Of a DNA stretch of 64,000 nucleotides, positions 47,001 through 60,600 are shown in pieces. The DNA is taken from NCBI GenBank assembly GCA_964016885.1, contig OZ024744.1:682001-746000 (forward strand), in the 5' to 3' direction. The notes below the pieces were generated by a model. That model saw only the letters and a program-made list of their open reading frames with translations. It was not told the DNA's origin and did no database searches. Numbering within the stretch: the stretch's first letter is position 1; every line of letters begins with the position of its first letter. The position numbers and the translations under genes were made by a program. The DNA comes from Eledone cirrhosa. Its lineage: Eukaryota.

Positions 47001-50000
47001 ACAAGGTAGAGAAAGATAGCTTGGTGAAGAACGACGTTTTGTGGGAAGACAAGGTAGAGAAACATAGTTGGTGAAGAACGAAGTTTTGAGGGAAGACAAG
47101 GTAGAGAAAGATAGCTTGATGAAGAACGAGGTTTTGAGGGAAGACAAGGTAGAGAAAGATAGCTTGGTGAAGAACGAAGTTTTGAGGGAAGACAAGGTAG
47201 AGAAAGATAGCTTGATGAAGAACGAAGTTTTGAGGGAAGACAAGGTAGAGAAAGATAGCTTGATGAAGTACGAAGTTTTGGGGGAAGACAAGGTAGAGAA
47301 AGATAGCTTGGTGAAGAACGAAGTTTTGAGGGAAGACAAGGTAGAGAAAGATAGCTTGATGAAGAACGAAGTTTTGAGGGAAGACAAGGTAGAGAAAGAT
47401 AGCTTGGTGAAGAACGAAGTTTTCAGGGAAGACAAAGTATAGAAAGATAGCTTGGTGAAGAACGAAGTTTTGGGGGAAGACAATGTAGAGAAAGATAGCT
47501 TGATGAAGAACGAAGTTTTGGGGGAAGACAAGGTAGAGAAAGATAGCTTGGTGAAGAACGAAGTTTTGAGGGAAGACAAGGTAGAGAAAGATAGCTTGGT
47601 GAAGAACGAAGTTTTGGGAGAAGACAAGGTAGAGAAAGATAGCTTGGTGAAGAACGAAGTTTTGAGGGAAGACAAGGTAGAGAAAGATAGCTTGGTGAAG
47701 AACGAAGTTTTGGGGGAAGACAAGGTAGAGAAAGATAGCTTGGTGAAGAACGATGTTTTGAGGGAAGACAAGGTAGAGAAAGATAGTTGGTGAAGAACGA
47801 AATTTTGAGGGAAGACAAGGTAGAGAAAAATAGCTTGGTGAAGAACGACGTTTTGAGGGAAGACAAGGTATAGAAAGATAGCTTGGTGAAGAACGACGTT
47901 TTCGGGGAAGAAAAGGTAGAGAAAGATAGCTTGGTGAAGAACAAAGTTTTGGGGGAAGACAAGGTAGAGAAAGATAGCTTGGTGAAGAACGAAGTATTGA
48001 GGGAAGACTCGGTAGAGAAAGATAGCTTGGTGAAGAACGAAGTTTTGAGGGAAGACAAGGTAGAGAAAGATAGCTTGGTGAAGAACGAGGTTTTGAGGGA
48101 AGACAATGTAGAGAAAGATAGCTTGGTGAAGAACGAGGTTTTGGGGGAAGGCAAGGTAGAGAAAGATAGCTTGGTGAAGAACGAAGTTTTGGGGGATGAC
48201 AAAGTAGAGAAAGATAGCTTGGTGAAGAACGAAGTTTTGGGGGAAGACAAGGTAGAGAAAGATAGCTTGATGAAGAACGAAGTTTTGGGGGAAGACAAGG
48301 AAGAGAAAGATAGCTTGGTGAAGAACGAAGTTTTGAGGGAAGACAAGGTAGAGAAAGATAGCTTGGTGAAGAACGAAGTTTTGGGGGAAGACAAGGTAGA
48401 GAAAGATAGCTTGGTGAAGAACGAAGTTTTGCGGGAAGACAAGGTAGAGAAATATAGCTCGGTGAAGAACGAAGTTTTGAGGGAAGACAAGGTAGAGAAA
48501 GATAGATTGGTGAAGAACGAAGTTTTGGGGGAAGACAAGGTAGAGAAAGATAGCTTGGTGAAGAACGAAGTTTTGAGGAAGACAAGGTAGAGAAAGATAG
48601 CTTGGTGAAGAACGAAGTTTTGGGGGAAGACAAGGTAGAGAAAGATAGCTTGGTGAAGAACGAAGTTTTGAGGGAAGACAAGGTAGAGAAAGATAGCTTG
48701 GTGAAGAACGACGTTTTGAGGGAAGACAAGGTAGAGAAAGATAGCTTGGTGAAGAACGAAGTTTTGGGGGAAGACAAGGTAGAGAAAGATAGCTTGATGA
48801 AGTACGAAGTTTTGGGGGAAGACAAGGTAGAGAAAGATAGCTTGGTGAAGAACGACGTTTTGTGGGAAGACAAGGTAGAGAAACATAGTTGGTGAAGAAC
48901 GAAGTTTTGAGGGAAGACAAGGTAGAGAAAGATAGCTTGATGAAGAACGAGGTTTTGAGGGAAGACAAGGTAGAGAAAGATAGCTTGGTGAAGAACGAAG
49001 TTTTGAGGTAAGACAAGGTAGAGAAAGATAGCTTGATGAAGAACGAAGTTTTGAGGGAAGACAAGGTAGAGAAAGATAGCTTGATGAAGTACGAAGTTTT
49101 GGGGGAAGACAAGGTAGAGAAAGATAGCTTGGTGAAGAACGAAGTTTTGAGGGAAGACAAGGTAGAGAAAGATAGCTTGATGAAGAACGAAGTTTTGAGG
49201 GAAGACAAGGTAGAGAAAGATAGCTTGGTGAAGAACGAAGTTTTGAGGGAAGACAAAGTATAGAAAGATAGCTTGGTGAAGAACGAAGTTTTGGGGGAAG
49301 ACAATGTAGAGAAAGATAGCTTGATGAAGAACGAAGTTCTGGGGGAAGACAAGGTAGAGAAAGATAGCTTGGTGAAGAACGAAGTTTTGAGGGAAGACAA
49401 GGTAGAGAAAGATAGCTTGGTGAAGAACGAAGTTTTGGGGGAAGACAAGGTAGAGAAAGATAGCTTGGTGAAGAACGAAGTTTTGGGGGAAGACAAGGTA
49501 GAGAAAGATAGCTTGGTGAAGAACGAAGTTTTGAGGGAAGACAAGGTAGAGAAAGATAGTTGGTGAAGAACGAAATTTTGAGGGAAGACAAGGTAGAGAA
49601 TAATAGCTTGGTGAAGAACGACGTTTTGAGGGAAGACAAGGTAGAGAAAGATAGCTTGGTGAAGAACGAAGTTTTGGGGGAAGACAAGGTAGAGAAAGAT
49701 AGCTTGATGAAGTACGAAGTTTTGGGGGAAGACAAGGTAGAGAAAGATAGCTTGGTGAAGAACGACGTTTTGAGGGAAGACAAGGTAGAGAAAGATAGCT
49801 TGGTGAAGAACGAAGTTTTGGGGGAAGACAAGGTAGAGAAAGATAGCTTGATGAAGTACGAAGTTTTGGGGGAAGACAAGGTAGAGAAAGATAGCTTGGT
49901 GAAGAACGACGTTTTGTGGGAAGACAAGGTAGAGAAACATAGTTGGTGAAGAACGAAGTTTTGAGGGAAGACAAGGTAGAGAAAGATAGCTTGATGAAGA

Positions 50001-50554
50001 ACGAAGTTTTGAGGGAAGACAAGGTAGAGAAAGATAGCTTGGTGAAGAACGAAGTTTTGAGGGAAGACAAGGTAGAGAAAGATAGCTTCATGAAGAACGA
50101 AGTTTTGAGGGAAGACAAGGTAGAGAAAGGTAGCTTGGTGAAGAACGAAGTTTTGAGGGTAGACAAAGTATAGAAAGATAGCTTGGTGAAGAACGAGGTT
50201 TTGGGGGAAGACAATGTAGAGAAAGATAGCTTGATGAAGAACGAAGTTTTGGGGGAAGACAAGGAAGAGAAAGATAGCTTGGTGAAGAACGAAGTTTTGA
50301 GGGAAGACAAGGTAGAGAAAGATAGCTTGGTGACGAACGAAGTTTTGGGGGAAGACAAGGTAGAGAAAGATATCTTGGTGAAGAACGAAGTTTTGCGGGA
50401 AGACAAGGTAGAGAAATATAGCTCGGTGAAGAACGAAGTTTTGAGGGAAGACAAGGTAGAGAAAGATAGCTTGGTGAAGAACGAAGTTTTGGGGGAAGAC
50501 AAGGTAGAGAAAGATAGCTTGGTGAAGAACGAAGTTTTGAGGAAGACAAGGTAG
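44050..50554. repeat. Second occurrence of the about 80-monomer (3833-bp) HOR, about 1.7 copies
   Basis: Landmarks 44050/47883, 44769/48602, 45200/49033 and 45440/49273 (offset 3833), then 3785 after loss of one monomer. It is collinear with 11478-15700 at constant offset 32572. Confidence 0.88.
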
Positions 50555-53500
50555 AGAAAGATAGCTTGGTGAAGAACGAAGTTTTGGGGGAAGACAAGGT
50601 AGAGAAAGATAGCTTGGTGAAGAACGAAGTTTTGAGGGAAGACAAGGTAGAGAAAGATAGCTTGATGAAGTACGAAGTTTTGGGGGAAGACAAGGTAGAG
50701 AAAGATAGCTTGGTGAAGAACGACGTTTTGTGGGAAGACAAGGTAGAGAAACATAGTTGGTGAAGAACGAAGTTTTGAGGGAAGACAAGGTAGAGAAAGA
50801 TAGCTTGATGAAGAACGAGGTTTTGAGGGAAGACAAGGTAGAGAAAGATAGCTTGGTGAAGAACGAAGTTTTGAGGGAAGACAAGGTAGAGAAAGATAGC
50901 TTGATGAAGAACGAAGTTTTGAGGGAAGACAAGGTAGAGAAAGATAGCTTGATGAAGTACGAAGTTTTGGGGGAAGACAAGGTAGAGAAAGATAGCTTGG
51001 TGAAGAACGAAGTTTTGAGGGAAGACAAGGTAGAGAAAGATAGCTTGATGAAGAACGAAGTTTTGAGGGAAGACAAGGTAGAGAAAGATAGCTTGGTGAA
51101 GAACGAAGTTTTCAGGGAAGACAAAGTATAGAAAGATAGCTTAGTGAAGAACGAAGTTTTGGGGGAAGACAATGTAGAGAAAGATAGCTTGATGAAGAAC
51201 GAAGTTTTGGGGGAAGACAAGGTAGAGAAAGATAGCTTGGTGAAGAACGAAGTTTTGAGGGAAGACAAGGTAGAGAAAGATAGCTTGGTGAAGAACGAAG
51301 TTTTGGGGGAAGACAAGGTAGAGAAAGATAGCTTGGTGAAGAACGAAGTTTTGAGGGAAGACAAGGTAGAGAAAGATAGCTTGGTGAAGAACGAAGTTTT
51401 GGGGGAAGACAAGGTAGAGAAAGATAGCTTGGTGAAGAACGAAGTTTTGAGGGAAGACAAGGTAGAGAAAGATAGTTGGTGAAGAACGAAATTTTGAGGG
51501 AAGACAAGGTAGAGAAAAATAGCTTGGTGAAGAACGACGTTTTGAGGGAAGACAAGGTAGAGAAAGATAGCTTGGTGAAGAACGAAGTTTTGGGGGAAGA
51601 CAAGGTAGAGAAAGATAGCTTGATGAAGTACGAAGTTTTGGGGGAAGACAAGGTAGAGAAAGATAGCTTGGTGAAGAACGACGTTTTGAGGGAAGACAAG
51701 GTAGAGAAAGATAGCTTGGTGAAGAACGAAGTTTTGGGGGAAGACAAGGTAGAGAAAGATAGCTTGATGAAGTACGAAGTTTTGGGGGAAGACAAGGTAG
51801 AGAAAGATAGCTTGGTGAAGAACGACGTTTTGTGGGAAGACAAGGTAGAGAAACATAGTTGGTGAAGAACGAAGTTTTGAGGGAAGACAAGGTAGAGAAA
51901 GATAGCTTGATGAAGAACGAAGTTTTGAGGGAAGACAAGGTAGAGAAAGATAGCTTGGTGAAGAACGAAGTTTTGAGGGAAGACAAGGTAGAGAAAGATA
52001 GCTTCATGAAGAACGAAGTTTTGAGGGAAGACAAGGTAGAGAAAGATAGCTTGGTGAAGAACGAAGTTTTGAGGGAAGACAAAGTATAGAAAGATAGCTT
52101 GGTGAAGAACGAAGTTTTGGGGGAAGACAATGTAGAGAAAGATAGCTTGATGAAGAACGAAGTTTTGGGGGAAGACAAGGTAGAGAAAGATAGCTTGGTG
52201 AAGAACGAAGTTTTGAGGGAAGACAAGGTAGAGAAAGATAGCTTGGTGAAGAACGAAGTTTTGGGGGAAGACAAGGTAGAGAAAGATAGCTTGGTGAAGA
52301 ACGAAGTTTTGAGGGAAGACAAGGTAGAGAAAGATAGCTTGGTGAAGAACGAAGTTTTGGGGGAAGACAAGGTAGAGAAAGATAGCTTGGTGAAGAACGA
52401 AGTTTTGAGGGAAGACAAGGTAGAGAAAGATAGTTGGTGAAGAACGAAATTTTGAGGGAAGACAAGGTAGAGAAAGATAGCTTGGTGAAGAACGACGTTT
52501 TGAGGGAAGACAAGGTAGAGAAAGATAGCTTGGTGAAGAACGACGTTTTGAGGGAAGACAAGGTAGAGAAAGATAGCTTGGTGAAGAACGAAGTTTTGGG
52601 GGAAGACAAGGTAGAGAAAGATAGCTTGATGAAGTACGAAGTTTTGGGGGAAGACAAGGTAGAGAAAGATAGCTTGGTGAAGAACGACGTTTTGTGGGAA
52701 GACAAGGTAGAGAAACATAGTTGGTGAAGAACGAAATTTTGAGGGAAGACAAGGTAGAGAAAGATAGCTTGGTGAAGAACGAAGTTTTGAGGGAAGACAA
52801 GGTAGAGAAAGATAGCTTGATGAAGTACGAAGTTTTGAGGGAAGACAAGGTAGAGAAAGATAGCTTGGTGAAGAACGAAGTTTTGGGGGAAGACAAGGTA
52901 GAGAAATATAGCTCGGTGAAGAACGAAGTTTTGAGGGAAGACAAGGTAGAGAAAGATAGCTTGGTGAAGAACGAAGTTTTGGGGGAAGACAAGGTAGAGA
53001 AAGATAGCTTGGTGAAGAACGAAGTTTTGAGGGAAGACTAGGTAGAGAAAGATAGCTTGATGAAGAACGAAGTTTTGAGGGAAGACAAGGTAGAGAAAGA
53101 TAGCTTGGTGAAGAACGAAGTTTTGGGGGAAGACAAGGTAGAGAAAGATAGCTTGGTGAAGAACGAAGGTTTGAGGGAAGACAAGGTAGAGAAAGATAGC
53201 TTGGTGAAGAACGAAGTTTTGGGGGAAGACAAGGTAGAGAAAGATAGCTTGGTGAAGAACGAAGTTTTGGGGAAGACAAGGTAGAGAAAGATAGCTTGGT
53301 GAAGAACGAAGTTATGAGGGAAGACAGGGTAGAGAAAGATAGTTGGTGAAGAACGAAGTTTTGAGGGAAGACAAGGTAGAGAAAGATAGCTTGGTGAAGA
53401 ACGACGTTTTGAGGGAAGACAAGGTAGAGAAAGATAGCTTGGTGAAGAACGAAGTTTTGGGGGAAGACAATCTAGAGAAAGATAGGTTGGTGAAGAACGA

Positions 53501-56500
53501 AGTTTTGAGGGAAGACAAGGTAGAGAAAGATAGCTTGGTGAAGAACGAAGTTTTGGGGGAAGACAAGGTAGAGAAAGATAGCTTGGTGAAGAACGAAGTT
53601 TTGAGGGAAGACAAGGTAGAGAAAGATAGTTGGTGAAGAACGAAGTTTTGAGGGAAGACAAGGTAGAGAAAGATAGCTTGGTGAAGAACGACGTTTTGAG
53701 GGAAGACAAGGTAGAGAAAGATAGCTTGGTGAAGAACGAAGTTTTGGGGGAAGACAAGGTAGAGAAAGATAGCTTGATGAAGTACGAAGTTTTGGGGGAA
53801 GACAAGGTAGAGAAAGATAGCTTGGTGAAGAACGACGTTTTGTGGGAAGACAAGGTAGAGAAACATAGTTGGTGAAGAACGAAGTTTTGAGGGAAGACAA
53901 GGTAGAGAAAGATAGCTTGATGAAGTACGAAGTTTTGGGGGAAGACAAGGTAGAGAAAGATAGCTTGGTGAAGAACGAAGTTTTGAGGGAAGACAAGGTA
54001 GAGAAAGATAGCTTGATGAAGAACGATGTTTTGCGGGAAGACAAGGTAGAGAAATATAGCTCGGTGAAGAACGAAGTTTTGAGGGAAGACAAGGTAGAGA
54101 AAGATAGCTTGGTGAAGAACGAAGTTTTGGGGGAAGACAAGGTAGAGAAAGATAGCTTGGTGAAGAACGAAGTTTTGAGGAAGACAAGGTAGAGAAAGAT
54201 AGCTTGGTGAAGAACGAAGTTTTGGGGGAAGACAAGGTAGAGAAAGATAGCTTGGTGAAGAACGAAGTTTTGAGGGAAGACAAGGTAGAGAAAGATAGCT
54301 TGATGAAGTACGAAGTTTTGGGGGAAGACAAGGTAGAGAAAGATAGCTTGGTGAAGAACGACGTTTTGTGGGAAGACAAGGTAGAGAAACATAGTTGGTG
54401 AAGAACGAAGTTTTGAGGGAAGACAAGGTAGAGAAAGATAGCTTGATGAAGAACGAGGTTTTGAGGGAAGACAAGGTAGAGAAAGATAGCTTGGTGAAGA
54501 ACGAAGTTTTGAGGGAAGACAAGGTAGAGAAAGATAGCTTGATGAAGAACGAAGTTTTGAGGGAAGACAAGGTAGAGAAAGATAGCTTGATGAAGTACGA
54601 AGTTTTGGGGGAAGACAAGGTAGAGAAAGATAGCTTGGTGAAGAACGAAGTTTTGAGGGAAGACAAGGTAGAGAAAGATAGCTTGATGAAGAACGAAGTT
54701 TTGAGGGAAGACAAGGTAGAGAAAGATAGCTTGGTGAAGAACGAAGTTTTCAGGGAAGACAAAGTATAGAAAGATAGCTTAGTGAAGAACGAAGTTTTGG
54801 GGGAAGACAATGTAGAGAAAGATAGCTTGATGAAGAACGAAGTTTTGGGGGAAGACAAGGTAGAGAAAGATAGCTTGGTGAAGAACGAAGTTTTGAGGGA
54901 AGACAAGGTAGAGAAAGATAGCTTGGTGAAGAACGAAGTTTTGGGGGAAGACAAGGTAGAGAAAGATAGCTTGGTGAAGAACGAAGTTTTGAGGGAAGAC
55001 AAGGTAGAGAAAGATAGCTTGGTGAAGAACGAAGTTTTGGGGGAAGACAAGGTAGAGAAAGATAGCTTGGTGAAGAACGAAGTTTTGAGGGAAGACAAGG
55101 TAGAGAAAGATAGTTGGTGAAGAACGAAATTTTGAGGGAAGACAAGGTAGAGAAAAATAGCTTGGTGAAGAACGACGTTTTGAGGGAAGACAAGGTAGAG
55201 AAAGATAGCTTGGTGAAGAACGAAGTTTTGGGGGAAGACAAGGTAGAGAAAGATAGCTTGATGAAGTACGAAGTTTTGGGGGAAGACAAGGTAGAGAAAG
55301 ATAGCTTGGTGAAGAACGACGTTTTGAGGGAAGACAAGGTAGAGAAAGATAGCTTGGTGAAGAACGAAGTTTTGGGGGAAGACAAGGTAGAGAAAGATAG
55401 CTTGATGAAGTACGAAGTTTTGGGGGAAGACAAGGTAGAGAAAGATAGCTTGGTGAAGAACGACGTTTTGTGGGAAGACAAGGTAGAGAAACATAGTTGG
55501 TGAAGAACGAAGTTTTGAGGGAAGACAAGGTAGAGAAAGATAGCTTGATGAAGAACGAAGTTTTGAGGGAAGACAAGGTAGAGAAAGATAGCTTGGTGAA
55601 GAACGAAGTTTTGAGGGAAGACAAGGTAGAGAAAGATAGCTTCATGAAGAACGAAGTTTTGAGGGAAGACAAGGTAGAGAAAGATAGCTTGGTGAAGAAC
55701 GAAGTTTTGAGGGAAGACAAAGTATAGAAAGATAGCTTGGTGAAGAACGAAGTTTTGGGGGAAGACAATGTAGAGAAAGATAGCTTGATGAAGAACGAAG
55801 TTTTGGGGGAAGACAAGGTAGAGAAAGATAGCTTGGTGAAGAACGAAGTTTTGAGGGAAGACAAGGTAGAGAAAGATAGCTTGGTGAAGAACGAAGTTTT
55901 GGGGGAAGACAAGGTAGAGAAAGATAGCTTGGTGAAGAACGAAGTTTTGAGGGAAGACAAGGTAGAGAAAGATAGCTTGGTGAAGAACGAAGTTTTGGGG
56001 GAAGACAAGGTAGAGAAAGATAGCTTGGTGAAGAACGAAGTTTTGAGGGAAGACAAGGTAGAGAAAGATAGTTGGTGAAGAACGAAATTTTGAGGGAAGA
56101 CAAGGTAGAGAAAGATAGCTTGGTGAAGAACGACGTTTTGAGGGAAGACAAGGTAGAGAAAGATAGCTTGGTGAAGAACGACGTTTTGAGGGAAGACAAG
56201 GTAGAGAAAGATAGCTTGGTGAAGAACGAAGTTTTGGGGGAAGACAAGGTAGAGAAAGATAGCTTGATGAAGTACGAAGTTTTGGGGGAAGACAAGGTAG
56301 AGAAAGATAGCTTGGTGAAGAACGACGTTTTGTGGGAAGACAAGGTAGAGAAACATAGTTGGTGAAGAACGAAATTTTGAGGGAAGACAAGGTAGAGAAA
56401 GATAGCTTGGTGAAGAACGAAGTTTTGAGGGAAGACAAGGTAGAGAAAGATAGCTTGATGAAGTACGAAGTTTTGAGGGAAGACAAGGTAGAGAAAGATA

Positions 56501-57665
56501 GCTTGGTGAAGAACGAAGTTTTGGGGGAAGACAAGGTAGAGAAATATAGCTCGGTGAAGAACGAAGTTTTGAGGGAAGACAAGGTAGAGAAAGATAGCTT
56601 GGTGAAGAACGAAGTTTTGGGGGAAGACAAGGTAGAGAAAGATAGCTTGGTGAAGAACGAAGTTTTGAGGGAAGACTAGGTAGAGAAAGATAGCTTGATG
56701 AAGAACGAAGTTTTGAGGGAAGACAAGGTAGAGAAAGATAGCTTGGTGAAGAACGAAGTTTTGGGGGAAGACAAGGTAGAGAAAGATAGCTTGGTGAAGA
56801 ACGAAGGTTTGAGGGAAGACAAGGTAGAGAAAGATAGCTTGGTGAAGAACGAAGTTTTGGGGGAAGACAAGGTAGAGAAAGATAGCTTGGTGAAGAACGA
56901 AGTTTTGGGGAAGACAAGGTAGAGAAAGATAGCTTGGTGAAGAACGAAGTTATGAGGGAAGACAGGGTAGAGAAAGATAGTTGGTGAAGAACGAAGTTTT
57001 GAGGGAAGACAAGGTAGAGAAAGATAGCTTGGTGAAGAACGACGTTTTGAGGGAAGACAAGGTAGAGAAAGATAGCTTGGTGAAGAACGAAGTTTTGGGG
57101 GAAGACAATCTAGAGAAAGATAGGTTGGTGAAGAACGAAGTTTTGAGGGAAGACAAGGTAGAGAAAGATAGCTTGGTGAAGAACGAAGTTTTGGGGGAAG
57201 ACAAGGTAGAGAAAGATAGCTTGGTGAAGAACGAAGTTTTGAGGGAAGACAAGGTAGAGAAAGATAGTTGGTGAAGAACGAAGTTTTGAGGGAAGACAAG
57301 GTAGAGAAAGATAGCTTGGTGAAGAACGACGTTTTGAGGGAAGACAAGGTAGAGAAAGATAGCTTGGTGAAGAACGAAGTTTTGGGGGAAGACAAGGTAG
57401 AGAAAGATAGCTTGATGAAGTACGAAGTTTTGGGGGAAGACAAGGTAGAGAAAGATAGCTTGGTGAAGAACGACGTTTTGTGGGAAGACAAGGTAGAGAA
57501 ACATAGTTGGTGAAGAACGAAGTTTTGAGGGAAGACAAGGTAGAGAAAGATAGCTTGATGAAGTACGAAGTTTTGGGGGAAGACAAGGTAGAGAAAGATA
57601 GCTTGGTGAAGAACGAAGTTTTGAGGGAAGACAAGGTAGAGAAAGATAGCTTGATGAAGAACGAT
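50390..57665. repeat. Near-perfect tandem duplication of a 3638-bp unit (50390-54027 and 54028-57665)
   Basis: Twelve ORF landmarks have offset 3638 (50566/54204 through 53869/57507). Private SNVs are shared by both copies: CTTAGTG (~51141/54779) and AACGATG (T at 54027/57665). A chimeric junction monomer lies at 54013-54060. Confidence 0.93.
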
Positions 57666-60600
57666 GTTTTGAGGGAAGACAAGGTAGAGAAAGATAGCTT
57701 GGTGAAGAACGAAGTTTTGAGGGGAGACAAAGTATAGAAAGATAGCTTGGTGAAGAACGAAGTTTTGGGGGAAGACAATGTAGAGAAAGATAGCTTGATG
57801 AAGAACGAAGTTTTGGGGAAGACAAGGTAGAGAAAGATAGCTTGGTGAAGAACGAAGTTTTGAGGGAAGACAAGGTAGAGAAAGATAGCTTGGTGAAGAA
57901 CGAAGTTTTGGGGGAAGACAAGGTAGAGAAAGATAGCTTGGTGAAGAACGAAGTTTTGAGGGAAGACAAGGTAGAGAAAGATAGCTTGGTGAAGAACGAA
58001 GTTTTGGGGGAAGACAAGGTAGAGAAAGATAGCTTGGTGAAGAACGAAGTTTTGAGGGAAGACAAGGTAGAGAAAGATAGTTGGTAAAGAACGAAGTTTT
58101 GAAGGAAGACAAGGTAGAGAAAGATAGCTTGGTGAAGAACGACGTTTTGAGGGAAGACAAGGTATAGAAAGATAGCTTGGTGAAGAACGACGTTTTCGGG
58201 GAAGAAAAGGTAGAGAAAGATAGCTTGGTGAAGAACAAAGTTTTGGGGGAAGACAAGGTAGAGAAAGATAGCTTGGTGAAGAACGAAGTATTGAGGGAAG
58301 ACTCGGTAGAGAAAGATAGCTTGGTGAAGAACGAAGTTTTGAGGGAAGACAAGGTAGAGAAAGATAGCTTGGTGAAGAACGAGGTTTTGAGGGAAGACAA
58401 TGTAGAGAAAGATAGCTTGGTGAAGAACGAAGTTTTGGGGGAAGACAAGGAAGAGAAAGATAGCTTGGTGAAGAACGAAGTTTTGAAGGAAGACAAGGTA
58501 GAGAAAGATAGCTTGGTGAAGAACGAAGTTTTGGGGGAAGACAAGGTAGAGAAAGATAGCTTGGTGAAGAACGAAGTTTTGCGGGAAGACAAGGTAGAGA
58601 AATATAGCTCGGTGAAGAACGAAGTTTTGAGGGAAGACAAGGTAGAGAAAGATAGCTTGGTGAAGAACGAAGTTTTGGGGGAAGACAAGGTAGAGAAAGA
58701 TAGCTTGGTGAAGAACGAAGTTTTGAGGAAGACAAGGTAGAGAAAGATAGCTTGGTGAAGAACGAAGTTATGAGGGAAGACAAGGTAGAGAAAGATAGTT
58801 GGTGAAGAACGAAGTTTTGAGGGAAGACAAGGTAGAGAAAGATAGCTTGGTGAAGAACGACGTTTTGAGGGAAGACAAGGTAGAGAAAGATAGCTTGGTG
58901 AAGAACGAAGTTTTGGGGGAAGACAAGGTAGAGAAAGATAGCTTGGTGAAGAACGAAGTTTTCAGGGAAGACAAAGTATAGAAAGATAGCTTGGTGAAGA
59001 ACGAAGTTTTGGGGGAAGACAATGTAGAGAAAGATAGCTTGATGAAGAACGAAGTTTTGGGGGAAGACAAGGTAGAGAAAGATAGCTTGGTGAAGAACGA
59101 AGTTTTGAGGGAAGACAAGGTAGAGAAAGATAGCTTGGTGAAGAACGAAGTTTTGGGGGAAGACAAGGTAGAGAAAGATAGCTTGGTGAAGAACGAAGTT
59201 TTGAGGGAAGACAAGGTAGAGAAAGATAGCTTGGTGAAGAACGAAGTTTTGGGGGAAGACAAGGTAGAGAAAGATAGCTTGGTGAAGAACGAAGTTTTGA
59301 GGGAAGACAAGGTAGAGAAAGATAGTTGGTGAAGAACGAAATTTTGAGGGAAGACAAGGTAGAGAAAAATAGCTTGGTGAAGAACGACGTTTTGAGGGAA
59401 GACAAGGTAGAGAAAGATAGCTTGGTGAAGAACGAAGTTTTGGGGGAAGACAAGGTAGAGAAAGATAGCTTGATGAAGTACGAAGTTTTGGGGGAAGACA
59501 AGGTAGAGAAAGATAGCTTGGTGAAGAACGACGTTTTGAGGGAAGACAAGGTAGAGAAAGATAGCTTGGTGAAGAACGAAGTTTTGGGGGAAGACAAGGT
59601 AGAGAAAGATAGCTTGATGAAGTACGAAGTTTTGGGGGAAGACAAGGTAGAGAAAGATAGCTTGGTGAAGAACGACGTTTTGTGGGAAGACAAGGTAGAG
59701 AAACATAGTTGGTGAAGAACGAAGTTTTGAGGGAAGACAAGGTAGAGAAAGATAGCTTGATGAAGAACGAAGTTTTGAGGGAAGACAAGGTAGAGAAAGA
59801 TAGCTTGGTGAAGAACGAAGTTTTGAGGGAAGACAAGGTAGAGAAAGATAGCTTCATGAAGAACGAAGTTTTGAGGGAAGACAAGGTAGAGAAAAATAGC
59901 TTGGTGAAGAACGAAGTTTTGAGGGAAGACAAAGTATAGAAAGATAGCTTGGTGAAGAACGAAGTTTTGGGGGAAGACAATGTAGAGAAAGATAGCTTGA
60001 TGAAGAACGAAGTTTTGGGGGAAGACAAGGTAGAGAAAGATAGCTTGGTGAAGAACGAAGTTTTGAGGGAAGACAATGTAGAGAAAGATAGCTTGGTGAA
60101 GAACGAAGTTTTGGGGGAAGACAAGGTAGAGAAAGATAGCTTGGTGAAGAACGAAGTTTTGAGGGAAGACAAGGTAGAGAAAGATAGCTTGGTGAAGAAC
60201 GAAGTTTTGGGGGAAGACAAGGTAGAGAAAGATAGCTTGGTGAAGAACGAAGTTTTGAGGGAAGACAAGGTAGAGAAAGATAGTTGGTGAAGAACGAAAT
60301 TTTGAGGGAAGACAAGGTAGAGAAAGATAGCTTGGTGAAGAACGACGTTTTGAGGGAAGACAAGGTAGAGAAAGATAGCTTGGTGAAGAACGACGTTTTG
60401 AGGGAAGACAAGGTAGAGAAAGATAGCTTGGTGAAGAACGAAGTTTTGGGGGAAGACAAGGTAGAGAAAGATAGCTTGATGAAGTACGAAGTTTTGGGGG
60501 AAGACAAGGTAGAGAAAGATAGCTTGGTGAAGAACGACGTTTTGTGGGAAGACAAGGTAGAGAAACATAGTTGGTGAAGAACGAAATTTTGAGGGAAGAC

